The notes: generated by a model not told the origin, from the sequence alone. Positions 12,776-25,230 are shown, counted from the first letter of the whole stretch. The stretch: 58,233 nucleotides of DNA, filler included, from Heterodontus francisci (GCF_036365525.1; 4 parts of 4 records of this genome joined end to end with filler, not necessarily neighbours in it); one strand, 5' to 3'. A program made the numbers and translations.

Positions 12776-12824
12776 CTGTTAAATGGAGTAGCAGGGTCCC
12801 CAGGAGATACATTACTGCAGCCAT
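12776..12824 (-). CDS. VL leader exon MAAVMYLLGTLLLHLT(G)
   Basis: ATG, hydrophobic peptide, 49 nt (phase 1), GTGAG donor in frame with the V exon. Confidence 0.9.
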
Positions 12825-12930
12825 TCCCTCCGGGGGGGAAAAAAACCCGTGAAGAATTAGAGAGCAGGGTTTTACTGTAACTCCAGAAAGTGGATCCAGT
12901 TACAGTGCCGGACAAGGTGAGACCAGTATC

Positions 12931-12954
12931 TATTATATGAACCTGTATGCAAAT
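12931..12954 (-). promoter_or_regulatory. VL promoter: octamer ATTTGCAT (12947-12954) and TATA-like TATAAT
   Basis: Light-chain-orientation octamer ~125 bp upstream of the ATG, inside a CCTGTA/TACAGG inverted repeat. Confidence 0.85.
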
Positions 12955-13946
12955 ACAGGGAGGGTTGAGAGGAGCAGGGGCGGGGGGGGGGGGGGGTGGG
13001 GGTGGTGGGGGGGGGGGGGGGGTGGGAGTGGACCAGACCAGATTTTTTTTATTGAGCCTCTATTGGTCCCCAATTAAACATTTCCATGTATTTATTTCCA
13101 CCGAGTTGAGGGTTAATTCACAATAATTTCTGATTTTAACCCCCCCTTCTCATGTCAAGAGTGTGAGATTTAAAAGAACAACTGTAGAAATTGCACATTT
13201 TATCCCAGATGGGCAAAGACAAAAGCCCTTCAGAATCCAGTGCCTTGAATTCATCCAGAACAAGTTTAACCCAGCGATCGTTAAGGATTTGTTTTTTTTT
13301 ATATTTGAGTCTGCAATGTGTACTTAAACACATATCTTTATATCCAACACGCTGGTGTTTGCAACAAAGCAGTTCATTGGAAGGATTGGAATGGAAGAGA
13401 TTGACTGGACTGCTTCTCTGAGCTGCTCTTTTTTCCGATCCGCCACTGTACAAGTGCACTGCTTGTCCTGGCGTTTGAGCCGAGTGCAGGGTCAAAACAC
13501 TCGTTTCTCACTCAGGCCGACGTTCAGAAACAGCCAGAATCAACTCCAATATCCGTTTTAATTGGTAATGCAACGAGGAGTGAGATTCTGACCGGGCAAG
13601 CTGACTGCTCGGATAGTTTCTGTGTTGTGTCCGGATCCTGTGTTAAGTCCAGTTTCAATGAAATGTGTTTTCCTGCTGCAACAGTTCCTGCCCTGACTTT
13701 TTTTTGTTGCAACTAAACCACATGTATCGGAACCTCAGTCCCAGGAATACATTTGTTTTAACATTCCATTTCAGATGTTTTATGTCAATCACTCGATGCC
13801 AAGGGAAAACTTGCAACAAGTAGCTGGTGAGAGGAGTTAGTTTCTTTACAATGAATATTTTCTATCTTTATTTTAAATTCACTTAATTGGATATGGACAT
13901 CACTTGGCCCTGCCCGCATTTATTGCCCATCCCTTATTCCCGTTGA

Positions 13947-14297
13947 GGGCGGCACAGTGGCGCAGTGGTTAGCACTCCAGCCTCACAGCTCCAGGGACCC
14001 GGGTTCGATTTCGGGTACTGCCTGTGAGGAGTTTGCAAGTTCTCCCTGTGTCTGCGTGGATTTTCTCCGGGTGCTCCGGTTTCCTCCCACAAGCCAAAAG
14101 ACTTGCAGGTTGATAGGTAAATTGGCCATTATAAATTGTCACTAATATAGGTAGGTGGTAGGGTAATATAGGGACAGGTGGGGATGTTTGGTGGGAATAT
14201 GGGATTAGTGTAGGATTAGTATAAATGGGTGGTTGAGGTTCGGCACAGACTCGGTGGGCCGAAGGGACTGTTTCATTGCTGTATCTCTAATCTAATC
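13947..14297 (+). mobile_element. HE1 V-SINE nested in an older repeat
   Basis: Highly similar reverse complement of 11050-11401. Confidence 0.85.
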
Positions 14298-14689
14298 GAA
14301 AGGTGGTGGTGGAGCCGCCTTCTTGAACTGCGACAGTGCAGTGGTTTTTGTACAACAGAACTGAGGGCAGTTAAGTGTCAACCACATTGCCGTGTGTCTG
14401 GAGTCACTAGTCGGCCAGACCAGGTGAGGAAGGCAGATTTCCTTCCCTAAAAGGACATTTGTCAACCAGATGGTTTTTTGTTAATGAACATTCAATTTAT
14501 GGTCACCATTACTGAGACTAGGTTTCAATTCCAATTTTTCTTTTAATTAATTAGTTGAATTTAAATTCCATGGTGGGATTTGAACTCGTGTCTCCAGAGC
14601 ATTATCCTGGGCCTCTGGATTAGTAATATCTAGTGACATTACTACTACTCCACCTTGTGATGGATCAATATTAATTCTAGAAATGTGAT

Positions 14690-15040
14690 AGGATTTGAGC
14701 CAGTGAAAGGGGGAAGGTGGGAAGAAGAACAGCAGGGAAGGTCTGTGACACGGGTGGAGGGCAGGAGAGATTAAATGACAGAAAGGGTGTCAAGGTGCAA
14801 AGCCAAAGGGAGTGGTAATGAGAGATGTGTCTGGAGGAGGTGTGAATGGCAGGATCAGAACACAAGGTAAAGGAAATAAGAGGTCAACAAGAGAGATAAA
14901 CTAACAAATCAGCAAAGAAAAGGGCAACAAAAATGAGGGCGGGGGGGGGGGGGGGGGTTACAAACTAAAATTGTTGAATTCAGTGTTGAGTCTGGAAGGT
15001 TGTAGAGTGCCCAGTCGAAAGATGAGGTGCTGTTCCTGCA
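14690..15040 (-). mobile_element. Penelope-like element fragment
   Basis: Minus strand ~14965-15037 encodes EQHLIFRLGTLQPSRLNTEFNNF, typical of a Penelope GIY-YIG C-terminus. Confidence 0.6.
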
Positions 15041-15302
15041 GTTAGCCTCCGATTACTGACGTGTTCAGTCAAGTCAGTGTCGACTAGCTGCCCCCTAGAC
15101 AGAGAATTTGACCCCTCCACCACTAAAAATCCATTTCTGATTGGTCTCCACAGCAGAAACAGACCCACCTCCCTCCCCTCCCACCAGCAGATTCTCTGGG
15201 TCATTTTCAACTAACCCTAACCTGCATTACTATAGAGACCTCAGGATGTCCTAAAGACAGAAAAATAAACACCTGTTTTGAAGTCTGGTCATTGTAACAT
15301 CG

Positions 15303-15467
15303 TAACCCAATGCACAATGGAAATAAATATTTGGAAATGATTAATTAGGGACAAATATATTTTTAATAAAGTGTTTTCCCCTGCTCCCCTTGACCCCCTC
15401 CCTGTATTTGCATATTGACTAATATATAGATACTAGTCTTCTCCGGGTTCCCGGAGTTACAGTAATC
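15303..15467 (+). promoter_or_regulatory. Orphan inverted paralog of the VL promoter (octamer 15406-15413, TATA-like 15421-15428)
   Basis: Collinear similarity to the reverse complement of ~12870-13115. Confidence 0.75.
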
Positions 15468-15523
15468 TTGTTGAAGTGAAAGCACAATTGCTAAATGTGT
15501 GAGAAGCTGAACTCAGCTTTGCC

Positions 15524-15618
15524 CATGTAGTTGAATGGAGAGTGCACACATGTAGTTAAATGGAGTCATCCACGTATGTAGTTAAATGGAGTCATCCACG
15601 TATGTAGTTAAATGGAGT
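15524..15618. repeat. 26-bp tandem repeat (ATGTAGTTAAATGGAGTCATCCACGT), ~3.5 copies
   Basis: Direct. Confidence 0.8.
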
Positions 15619-15883
15619 GGGCCAGTGTGCAGTAAAATGGGGTTGTGCACATGTCTAATGGAAAGCAGTTCAGCACCTCTAGGTTCATAGAATCTCTCAC
15701 TTTGCACAGCAGATGTCACATGGCTGCAGCTTTGCCCAGGGAGCCTACCCGGTTCACACAGGATAGGCCAGGTGTTAAAGCAAGAGCATTTGGTGTTGCC
15801 TATTGAAGCTTGCACAATGGTTAAAGGAAAATACAATTAAAGTTCACAAGATGGGAATCTTGTAAAGTGTCAGCCATGGCCTC

Positions 15884-16422
15884 GTGGGTTCAAGTCCCAA
15901 TCCAGAGACTTGAGCACAAAAAACAGTCTCACATTCGCCGTGTAGTACTGAGGGTGTGCTGCACTCTCGGAGGGTCAATACTGAGGGAGTGCGGTACCGT
16001 CGGAGGGTCAGTATTGAGGGAGTGCTGCACTGTTGGAGGTTCAGTACTGAGGGAGTGCTGCACTGTCAGAGGGTCAGTACTGAGGGAGCGCTGCACTGTC
16101 GGTGGATCAGTACTGAGTGAGTGCCGCACTCAGAGGGTCAGTACTGAGGGAGTGCTGCATTGTCAGAGGGTCAGTACTGAGGGAGTGCTGAACTGTCGGA
16201 GGGTCAGTCCTGAGGGAGTGCTGCACTGTCGGAGGGTCAGTACTGAGGGAGTGCTGCACTGTTGGAGGTTCAGTACTGAGGGAGTGCTGCAGTGTCAGAG
16301 GGTCAGCACTGAGGGAGTGCTGCACTGTCTGAGGTGCCATATTCACAAGTCCCCCTCAGGTGGACATTATCGATCCCATGACTCTATTTGAAGGAGAGCA
16401 GGTGTCCTGGACAATATATATT
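15884..16422 (+). mobile_element. DeuSINE with internal 33-bp minisatellite (CAGTACTGAGGGAGTGCTGCACTGTCGGAGGGT, ~12 copies, 15944-16335)
   Basis: GGTTCAAGTCC B-box head, tandem array, then CCCTCAGGTGGAC...GATCCCATG...GTGTCCTGG SINE body. Confidence 0.7.
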
Positions 16423-16522
16423 NNNNNNNNNNNNNNNNNNNNNNNNNNNNNNNNNNNNNNNNNNNNTTAATTAATTAANNNNNNNNNNNNNNNNNNNNNN
16501 NNNNNNNNNNNNNNNNNNNNNN
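16423..16522. other. Artificial contig spacer (44N-TTAATTAATTAA-44N)
   Basis: Exactly 100 bp with a six-frame stop 12-mer; identical at three places. Confidence 0.95.
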
Positions 16523-16795
16523 GACTGTGAAGTGTTTATATCTGCGTTTGAGTCTGTTTGTGTGTGTAGGTGTAAGTGTGTGGTTGTGCATTTGAGTGTG
16601 TTTATGTGTGTGTTTTTGTCTGTGTGCCTGCGCATCTTTATTCTTGTTCAAAGTTTTACAGAGAATAAATAACCGGGTCTGACCCTGACGGTGTGCATTA
16701 TGGAGAATATTCTTCACTGTTCTGTGTATAAATGTATTCTGTGCGAGATGTCATCTGACATCATCTGAATGACTGCAACAATGCAACTGATGGAT

Positions 16796-16964
16796 AAAAA
16801 CAGAAGTTCTGGAAATACTCAGCAGGTCAGACAGCAGCTGTGGACAGAGAAGCAGAATTAACGTTTCAGGTCGGTGCCCTTTTCACACACCTGAAATGTT
16901 AACTCTGCTTCTCTCTCCACAGATGCTGCCTGACCTGCTGAGTATTTAAGCATTTTCTGTTTTT
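16796..16964. repeat. Long inverted repeat (~75-bp arms), Penelope-terminus/MITE-like
   Basis: AAATACTCAGCAGGTCAG...GAGAAGCAGAATTAACGTTTCAGGT paired with ACCTGAAATGTTAACTCTGCTTCTC...CTGACCTGCTGAGTATTT. Confidence 0.8.
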
Positions 16965-17903
16965 ATTTCAGCTTTCCCCTGTCTGCAATATTTTGCTTTT
17001 ATTTCCATGAAACTGATGGGCCTCAGAATCATCAGGAACAGGAGATGATTAAATCTTCAGCTAGATTTAGATGATTAGATTATTAGAATTTAACCGGGAG
17101 ACCGTGAACGATATTACGTTACATAAATATATATTTTACAATGTGATTCCCATGTGGAAAGTTTAAAATCTTCGCACACTGCGCTCGAAGCCGACTTTGT
17201 ACTGATGGCATTTGAGTCCATTTAATAGAGAGCAGGGGGACTGGGAGTATAAGGTTTACAAATGTCCTTGCCCCTTTTTCTGTTGGAGGAAATATGGGGA
17301 GGAGCAACAGTCAGTTCACAATTCTCTTTACCGTCTGTCTGTTGCAGAAGTACCGTTGCAGTGGATTCACAAGTACCCTTTCCTCTTTGTTTGGGAAGTG
17401 GGGTACAGTGTTTTAGTAAATTCCTCTTCCCCCTCTTTCTGATGGGGGATTTTGGGAAGACTTCGTATTCGTGTGTGGCCATCACTTCAGTTCCCAGTGT
17501 GCATGATGCTGCAACTAAAAACTGACCCTATTCTGAAGGGATGGCCAACACGAGAAGCAGGTACACCGAGATCTAAATGCACTGCGTATTTTTGTTGGTA
17601 AGGGGAAATGTCCAGATTCCCCATCTCCTCCTCCCCGGCCCCCCACCCCTGTCCCCCTCTAATGCTCCCCACCGCCTCCCCCTCCTCCAACGGGAGGAAA
17701 GTTGCTGAAATTCTTCCACAGAATCCAATAATGAATCAGGTTTACTCTGTGAATTAATATGTGCTGGAAACACTGGTTGGACAAGACTTGGGCCCGAGAC
17801 CTGCAAATATCATGCTTTGATGAAAAGACCTACACTTAGCAAATGTGTGAAGCCCAATTCATTGAGCTGTTGTGTATTTAAATCGCGATTGGAAGAAAAG
17901 GTC

Positions 17904-17909
17904 TTTATT
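17904..17909 (-). terminator. Secretory IgM polyadenylation signal AATAAA
   Basis: ~40 bp after the secretory-tail stop. Confidence 0.8.
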
Positions 17910-17950
17910 GTGTTTTTTTATTTAAGAATTGAAATGCAATCGAGAAATTC

Positions 17951-18345
17951 TCATTGACATGAATTAACGGTGTCCAACAGTGCAAGGGAAATGTTCACAA
18001 AACTCGGTTTACCGCTGGATTTATTAACTGTTCTGTTGATGATCTTCAAGGGGATCGCTTCATGTCCCACCACACAGGAGTAAGAAGCGCCGCTGGCCCA
18101 CTCCTCCGCTGCAATGGATAACAGGCTGTAGATGAAGAAGGAGCTCTTGTCGTTCTCCGCCATCACCTCGGTGTTCTTGTAGTTGCCGGGATTCACCGAC
18201 TTGTCATTGACAGTCCACTTGACGAAGATCTCTCGGGGGGAGAAACCTCTCACTAAGCAGGTGAGGGAGAGGAACCTCTCTGCGGAGACTTCTTCTGCTG
18301 GGGGCAGGAGAACAGACACAGACGGTTCCCGCAGATCTTTCCATG
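17951..18345 (-). CDS. IGHM: IgM CH4 exon plus secretory tail ([20 protein letters not shown]); internal G|GTAAA donor at 18013/18012 for the membrane form
   Basis: C1-set domain, NIS glycan site, penultimate Cys. Confidence 0.95.
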
Positions 18346-18815
18346 CTGAAAAATTAAAATAAATGTCAATAAACTAGACAATTTCAGAGACAATGACACC
18401 GGTGGTTAAATGTGAGAGAAATTGTGAAGGTTTTCCTTTTCCTCTCTGGGGCCTGTGCTGTTTTCCAGCCGGCGCAGAGGCGCTGCAATCCTGCTCGCCG
18501 AGAACATAAAGGATTTGACTGGAAAATTACATAGAACATGCAGCACAGGAGCAGGCCATTAGGACGAGCTAGCCTATGCTGGTGTTTATGCTGCACACGG
18601 ACCTCCTCCCACCTTACTTCAGCTCTTTCTATTCCTTTCTCCATAATCTACGTATCTAGCATCACCTGAAATGCATCACCTCTGGCCCCAGGGAGGTTCA
18701 ATAGTGAATTACAATTAAAGTATCAGCGTAATCCATTCAACCACTTAATTGGGCCTTGCACAAACACCGGCAAGAAGCACAACCTCTGACTTATTGCTTC
18801 AATCACATTGCTCAC

Positions 18816-19121
18816 CTTCCTTGTGGATGGAATCTCTGAGAGGAGTCGGCAGATCCTGATGGCTCACCACACAGTAGAACACAGCCTCACTCAGCCAGGC
18901 TTGTGTCGAGATGTCTACAGTGCTGATCACGCTGTCGGGATCCTCTCCGGGTTGGACGGCAATCTCTGATTTCAAAGGCTTCTGTTCTTGTGTCCAGGAC
19001 ACGTTGACACCATAAGGAGCATTAGACACGACGCAGGTTAAGGTGACCGTCGCCTCCAGTAAGACCTGTTCTATTGATGGTGGCAGTAGTTTAATTACTG
19101 GATGATTGCACTCGGAAGAAT
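18816..19121 (-). CDS. IGHM: IgM CH3 exon
   Basis: [30 protein letters not shown]...[21 protein letters not shown]; AG/GT sites, 306 nt. Confidence 0.95.
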
Positions 19122-20525
19122 CTGCAGAACAGAAATGAGAGTCAAAGAAATCTCCATCTTCAGGATCAGGACGCGAGTATTTAACTATCACTTTCTTCAG
19201 GAGGGGAAAAACACCTTTCACTTCAACACTGTCGTTCATGGGAAGGGCAACGATTTGTAAATTCAGGGACATCCAAGCGGATCACATCTCTGCTGAATAT
19301 AATGGCTCTGTCACCCGAGGACATGAGCTACACATGAAATTCATACTGGCTCAAAACGAATGAAATTACGAATTTTCGGACCAACTGGAAACAAAGTTAA
19401 TGTTCTGGTGCCTTGTCAGTATATTTGGGGAGATGAAAATGTTCAGCAACCAGACAGAGGAGGGGCGAAAGGTCGGTAAAATGCAGTCCCAAGGTTTTTG
19501 TTTTTCTGTGGTGAGGAATAATTCGCAATACTGGACGAGATAGTTTTCTAATATCTGCCACGAGTGAGTATTTCTCATGTGTCGGCCTGGAGTTAGAAGG
19601 CGATCTGACCACAGGACTGTAATAAGACCATAAGAATACGAGTGTGCATTCAGCCCCTCGAGCTGCGTTCCGCCATTCAATTACACGATGTCTGAATTGT
19701 ATCTTAATTCTGTTTACCCATATATAACCCTTAATACCCTTACCTGTCAGAAATCTATCACTCGCAACATTAAAGTTTTCAATGGATGTCAAGCTTCTAA
19801 AGCGAGTTGGGGGAGAGAATTCCAGATTACCGCTATCTACTGTGTGAATATTCCCTTCCTGATATCATTCCTGAATGACCATGGTCTAATCTGAAGGTTA
19901 TGCCCCCTTGTTCTGAAGTTCCTCACCAGAGGAAATATTTTTCTCCATTGACTCCATCAATTCCAGTAAACATCTTAACCACCTCAATTAGATCACCCTT
20001 TAATCTTCTATCCTCAAAGCAATACCAGTTTGGCCTGTGAAACCTGTCCTCTTAACTTAACCCGATCAGCCCCGTTATCATTATGGTCAATTCTTGTTGC
20101 ACCACTCCCAAGGCCAATACATTCTTCCTGTGCTCTGCAGTCCAAAATTGAACACAGTTTTCTAAATAGGGTAGATGCTCTTTCTGGCACCTGATTCCGA
20201 GGCCGTTACCAAGAAAGGGTTCCAGATGCCGATTGCTGCTCCGTGTATGATTAGCCCATTCAGGATCAAGCTGATATACAGGCCACCTCACTCACTATAT
20301 GACATCACAGTAGAGCTAAACATTCTTTCATGATGTGATGACATGTTGAACCGTGAGCAATCCTAATTTCTAATTTCTAAATCCTAAACTCACAGCCAAA
20401 TAACACATAAAAACTGCACGATGGCGATTTAGAAATTGTTCTTTGTACTAACTCCAATAAATTCCTGACTTTCAGTAACATGGAGTACAGAAAGGTGTGG
20501 AGCTTCCTGGGACTGTGCATCTTAC

Positions 20526-20843
20526 CTGGAGATCCGGTGATGTTTCGGCTTTGGGTGGCCGCTTGATGGGAGACCTGGCAGGTATAGACCGTGTTGGTGA
20601 ACCATTCCCGAGCGGGGACTGTCAGCCGACTGGTCGCTGAGAAGTTCCCGTTCGTTTCACAGGCGGGAGAGGTGACGAAGCCCGATTCCATGGGATGTCC
20701 ATCCTTCAACCAACTCACGGTTATTGCTTCTGGATGGAAATCGATGATTGAACACACGACAGTTGCAAATCTGCTGCTTGTGATTTCTTCACTGGAAGTC
20801 TGGGTGAGGATAACAGTTGGATGGACGATGTCACCTTTACAAT
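20526..20843 (-). CDS. IGHM: IgM CH2 exon
   Basis: [15 protein letters not shown]...[20 protein letters not shown]; AG/GT sites, 318 nt. Confidence 0.95.
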
Positions 20844-21055
20844 CTTCAAGAAAAAACATGTTAGACATTTCGAGAAGAAATTAATAACTAATACAAACTG
20901 TTCTTATATTTTAACAGGTTATTTGCATCAAGCAGGCACTAACTGATGTTTCCAGGGGTCTGCACTGTGCACAACACTCTAAATGTGGAATAGCCAATGT
21001 TCTACACAAGATCCTTCTAGCTTTTCTGTTTTTCCACAGTTTCCACAACACTAAC

Positions 21056-21352
21056 CTGGAATTTCCTTGATCCAGAGCGACTCTCCGCGTCGAACCTCGC
21101 AGTAGATTTTGCTGCTTCCCACCTCTGACTCGGTGATGGTTAATTGGCTGCTCAGGGTGTAGGTTCCCTTCTTGTTCAGCACTGACGGGTAAGTCTTCAA
21201 ACCAGTGGTGATCGGTTCTTCACCTTTCTTCCAGGAAACGCTGGTGATTTGGGGGATGTAGTCCATCGCCAAACAGCCGTAGGCCATGGAGCCATCGGTG
21301 TTGGGTTGTTCACAGGAGCACAGGCCGTAAAGAGTTGGGGGAGACGGTGTCG
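21056..21352 (-). CDS. IGHM: IgM CH1 exon
   Basis: [32 protein letters not shown]...[17 protein letters not shown]; AG/GT sites, 297 nt. Confidence 0.95.
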
Positions 21353-22989
21353 CTAGGAAAGAATGGCAAATTGAACAAGTTAGACTGTGATTCATGCTTA
21401 TTAAGTAACCAGACATCTCGCAATTCGACTCCAGCTGGAAACTGATTCCAATATTTTCCGATTAAAACCTTCATCCGCATTTGAGCTGCGATCAGTTACA
21501 TCATTTGGTGATCATCACCTGTGGGTCCCCTGGTCAGGAACACACCTCTCTTTCAGGACCTGTCACATTACAAAACTAAGAGCCTTTTGAAGTTCTCAAT
21601 AAGGTATTTTTCATTGAATTAAACTGAAAGAGGAGTTTCCCCACTTTGTTCGGCCAATATTTATTTCTAAATCAACAACACTTGGTCAAAAAACATGCGG
21701 CATTTAGTTTTTGGAAATTTCTTCTCTGCAAATTGACTGCTGGGTTTCCCCGCACCTCCACCTCCTCCCAGCAACCCTCCCCACCACCAGCAGACCACCC
21801 CGCCCCCCCAACTCCCACTCCCCCTCCAAAAATATAGCAATTACTCTGAAAAAGTGCCATTGGAATGCGTGCTTGTAAAATGAACTTAATACTGTAAACT
21901 TGAATACCAGGCAAATTCATACCATTACTTTCCCATAAAAACCTACAATACATCTGAGCATGCTTATGACCCTGGGTGATAAATTCATAGACATGATAGC
22001 TGAGAAGAAGGCCATTCGGTCCATCAGGCCTGTGAAAGATCACTCCAGCGATCCCGCTGACCTTCCAATTCCTAATCTTTTCAAAATTTCATTTTATCCA
22101 GCTATTTTAGATTCTATTTACAGCCCTCTTTCTGATAGGACATTCCAGATCCTAACAACCCCCTGTGTAGAAAAGTAGATTCATACACTCTTCCTTCATT
22201 CTTTTGACGCTGATTTTAAATCAGTGCCCTCGACAGACCAACTCACTGATCCTGGCAAATTGGTATCTGAATTTCTGTATAAAACATTCATTATTCAAAA
22301 CACCTCTACCAGACTTCATTTTAATCTTCTATGTTCCTATAATAATCAAGAACTTTTACAATAAATAGTTGAAGTCTACTTTAAAATATGGACTGAATCA
22401 TTTCGTACACAGATTTCAGAGGGGAATTTTTACACAGCCTAGTTTCTGGAATTAAAGTTTTTAATGACTCGGCAATGACTCAAAGCTATCACTTTCCTTT
22501 TCAGTACTTGAAGATTGTGACTTCTGTTCTATATTATTCGACTGAATGGATTCTCTGGAGTTTGCTTCTCCCTCCAACTCAAATAATAAACCGAATTCGA
22601 TCCGATTCCTAAAAATCGGTCATTTGGACTGATGCACTTGAAATGGTCCATTTAACTTTCCAAAGTATCTTCCCACCCCTCACCAGTGAGAACTGGTGTT
22701 GCTGACTGTGTCGTTACAGACACATCTTCTTGCTGCTTGCACCGACCATAATGTGAACATCAGGACTATTCTACAAATATTCTACAAATATCTGATATTG
22801 TCATTACTTAAACATTATAAATCGAGTGAATATCAGTCGGTTCCATGGAAGGAAAGACAAAAGTTCCTGAAGTGTTATTGCTGACATGGTCAACTCTCAC
22901 TTCTGATTTGTGCGGATAATTCAAACACCTGAGGCCTATCGGTCAGATATTGGAAGCTCGCTCACCAATATGATGTGAAAGAGGATGCT

Positions 22990-24130
22990 GGTTATGCTGG
23001 CGCAACAGTAGGACATATGGGCTTTCAAATGGCATTAGATAACATGTCACGTAAGAGAACATTCGGAAAATGGAAGCACGTGGATTAAAGTCGTCTGAGT
23101 AACCTGTTCAGGTATAGGAAACAGAGAGTGACGGTGAACCAATGATTTTCTGACTGGAGAGAATTAAGCATTGTGATCCCCCCTTGGGTTGGTCATAGGG
23201 TCATTATTATTTTTGTTAAATATAATGACGTGGTATTGGGTATGGGGCGTAGAATTTCGAAGGTCAAAGACGATACTAAACAAATAGTGAGCAGGATAGT
23301 ATCAGAGTTCAGAAGGACATGGGCAGGTGAAATGTTCAGAGACAGAGCAAATACAATTTCATGCGGTTAAATGTGAAGTGCTGGAACTTTTGAGGGACAA
23401 CACGGAAAGTTAATGCAATCTAAATGGTCCGATATTCAAGGGGTAGAAATGTAGAGGGACCAGAGTTGCATTTTCACAATGTTTTTTTTCAAGGTCGTTA
23501 AGAAAGCGAATGGAATACTTGGTCTTGTAAAATGTAGTACGAATTACAAAAAACCAGTAAGTCATATTAAAGTATTACGAATCACTAGTTAGGCTGGAGT
23601 ATTTTTGCACAATTCTGGCCGTCACACTTTCGAAAGGATGTCAAGGCTTTGTGGGGAGTGTGGAGGGAGTTTACCAGACTGATGCCAGGAATGAGGGAGT
23701 TCAGTTATATAGAGTTATTATACGAGATAATTGTTCTCGTTAGGCGATTACCGATTAGTTATGTTCAAAATTATGGGATGTTTTGATAGAGCAGATAAGG
23801 AAAAACTATTTCCTCTGAAAAGTGGGTCAGTAACAAAATAATTAATTGTCAAAAACGAGCGTGGGCGGGTGGTGGCTGCGGAAAAAGGTTTCTTTCCTGA
23901 CAGAGGGGGCTTTTCACAGATGCATCGAACGATTACACCACAAAAGGAGGCCATTCAGCCCGTCGTGTCTGTGCAGCTTCTCGGCAGGCGCAACCGGACA
24001 TATCCTCGAAGGACATTAATTTGCGTGGCTATGAGGGAAAAACTGGCTTGTCAGATTAAATTGGAGAGCGCTTTGAGAGCTAACACAGGCATGACGGGCT
24101 GAATGGCCAAATTCTCTGCGAGAACTTTCT
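22990..24130 (+). mobile_element. Old degenerate CR1 LINE fragment in the JH-CH1 intron
   Basis: Decayed RT C-terminal sequence and CR1 3' tail. Confidence 0.6.
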
Positions 24131-24859
24131 ATCATTCTACCCGACTCAGTAGTATTAGTTATCCTCAATTTAATGGGACGAAAAGCTTCATAAATTTTAA
24201 CATCTCTGTGACATATATTTTGTTGCTTTTTATAATGAAAGAGGGTTTTTAAAATAAGAGGTTCTGAGCGATTTTATTCAAATGAGTCAATCAGATACTG
24301 TCAGAGACTTAAAGCATATTGTGATTGACATTGATTGCAAGCTCATTGTATCACTTCAAAAATTTCACAAGAGCTTACTTCAGTGGCTCTGTGCCCTCTG
24401 CTGTGACACAATCCAATGATTGCAACTCACCAGAGTTTATCACTGACTGTCACCTTTTGAAAATACTTGAACTAAATAATGATTTCAAACATGAGAATAT
24501 CATGATGGTTATTCGGAGTGGGAGTCTCCACTATCTCCATTTAAAGTGCCAAAATAACGTCCAGTCTCCCATCAGATCAGAACAGGCGTTGGTCTCTGGA
24601 GCGTCACAATCACTTCCTGAAACTGTTTGTTCTGAAAGTGCACTCAAAATCAGGCCAATCTCATTCAATAATTATCTGAAACTTAATATGTTTAAATATT
24701 ATTAATTCATTTAAATTTGGCCAAGAATTATTATTAAAATCAATTCATGTGCATTGTTTCAGCTGGACAATTGAATAATTTATATTCATATATCTGGGTC
24801 GAGAACTCACAGCTTATGAGTTTGATGCACATTGAGATTCCTTGAACACTGTGGGGAAA

Positions 24860-25230
24860 ACATTCTCAGATCAGGTACAGGACAGTTAAGCTGCAAAGTA
24901 AAGATCCCTCTATACGGCCCTATCATGAGTTGTAATCTCAGACATCGCAAGTGTCATATTCCGTAGAAAGCCGCCCCTACACCACACTGTCACTCTGGGT
25001 CAGGTACAGCATCAGTTTAATATAAAACAAAAATTCCCTCAACGCTGTCCCATCAAATATATCCAGGACAGGTTCAATCCGGTTTAGATACTGAGTAATT
25101 CCTCCCTCTACGCTGTCCCCATCAAGTAGTCCCAGAACAGTTACAATATAGATTAAATATACAGTAAAACTTCCTCTACATTGCCGAATCAATCACTCCC
25201 AAGGGAGGCACATTACTGATTACAAACTGA
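24860..25230. repeat. Degenerate ~60-bp tandem repeat (CCCTCTACGCTGTCCCCATCAA...CCAGGACAGGT...AGATAC.GAGTAA)
   Basis: About 5-6 diverged units. Confidence 0.55.

Noticed and set aside
13947-14020. tRNA gene, or an RSS from the CACAGTG in the SINE head (also ~11330-11401)
   Set aside because: tRNA-derived HE1 SINE head continuing into SINE body; no nonamer at 12 or 23 bp
16467-16478. TTAATTAATTAA motif recurring at 16467, 32949 and 41021 as a biological element
   Set aside because: Always centred in exactly 44+44 N; a six-frame-stop assembly linker
17222-17525. Overlapping 76-87 aa ORFs downstream of CH4 as IgM TM exons or a novel gene
   Set aside because: No TM/CART motif or recognisable domain
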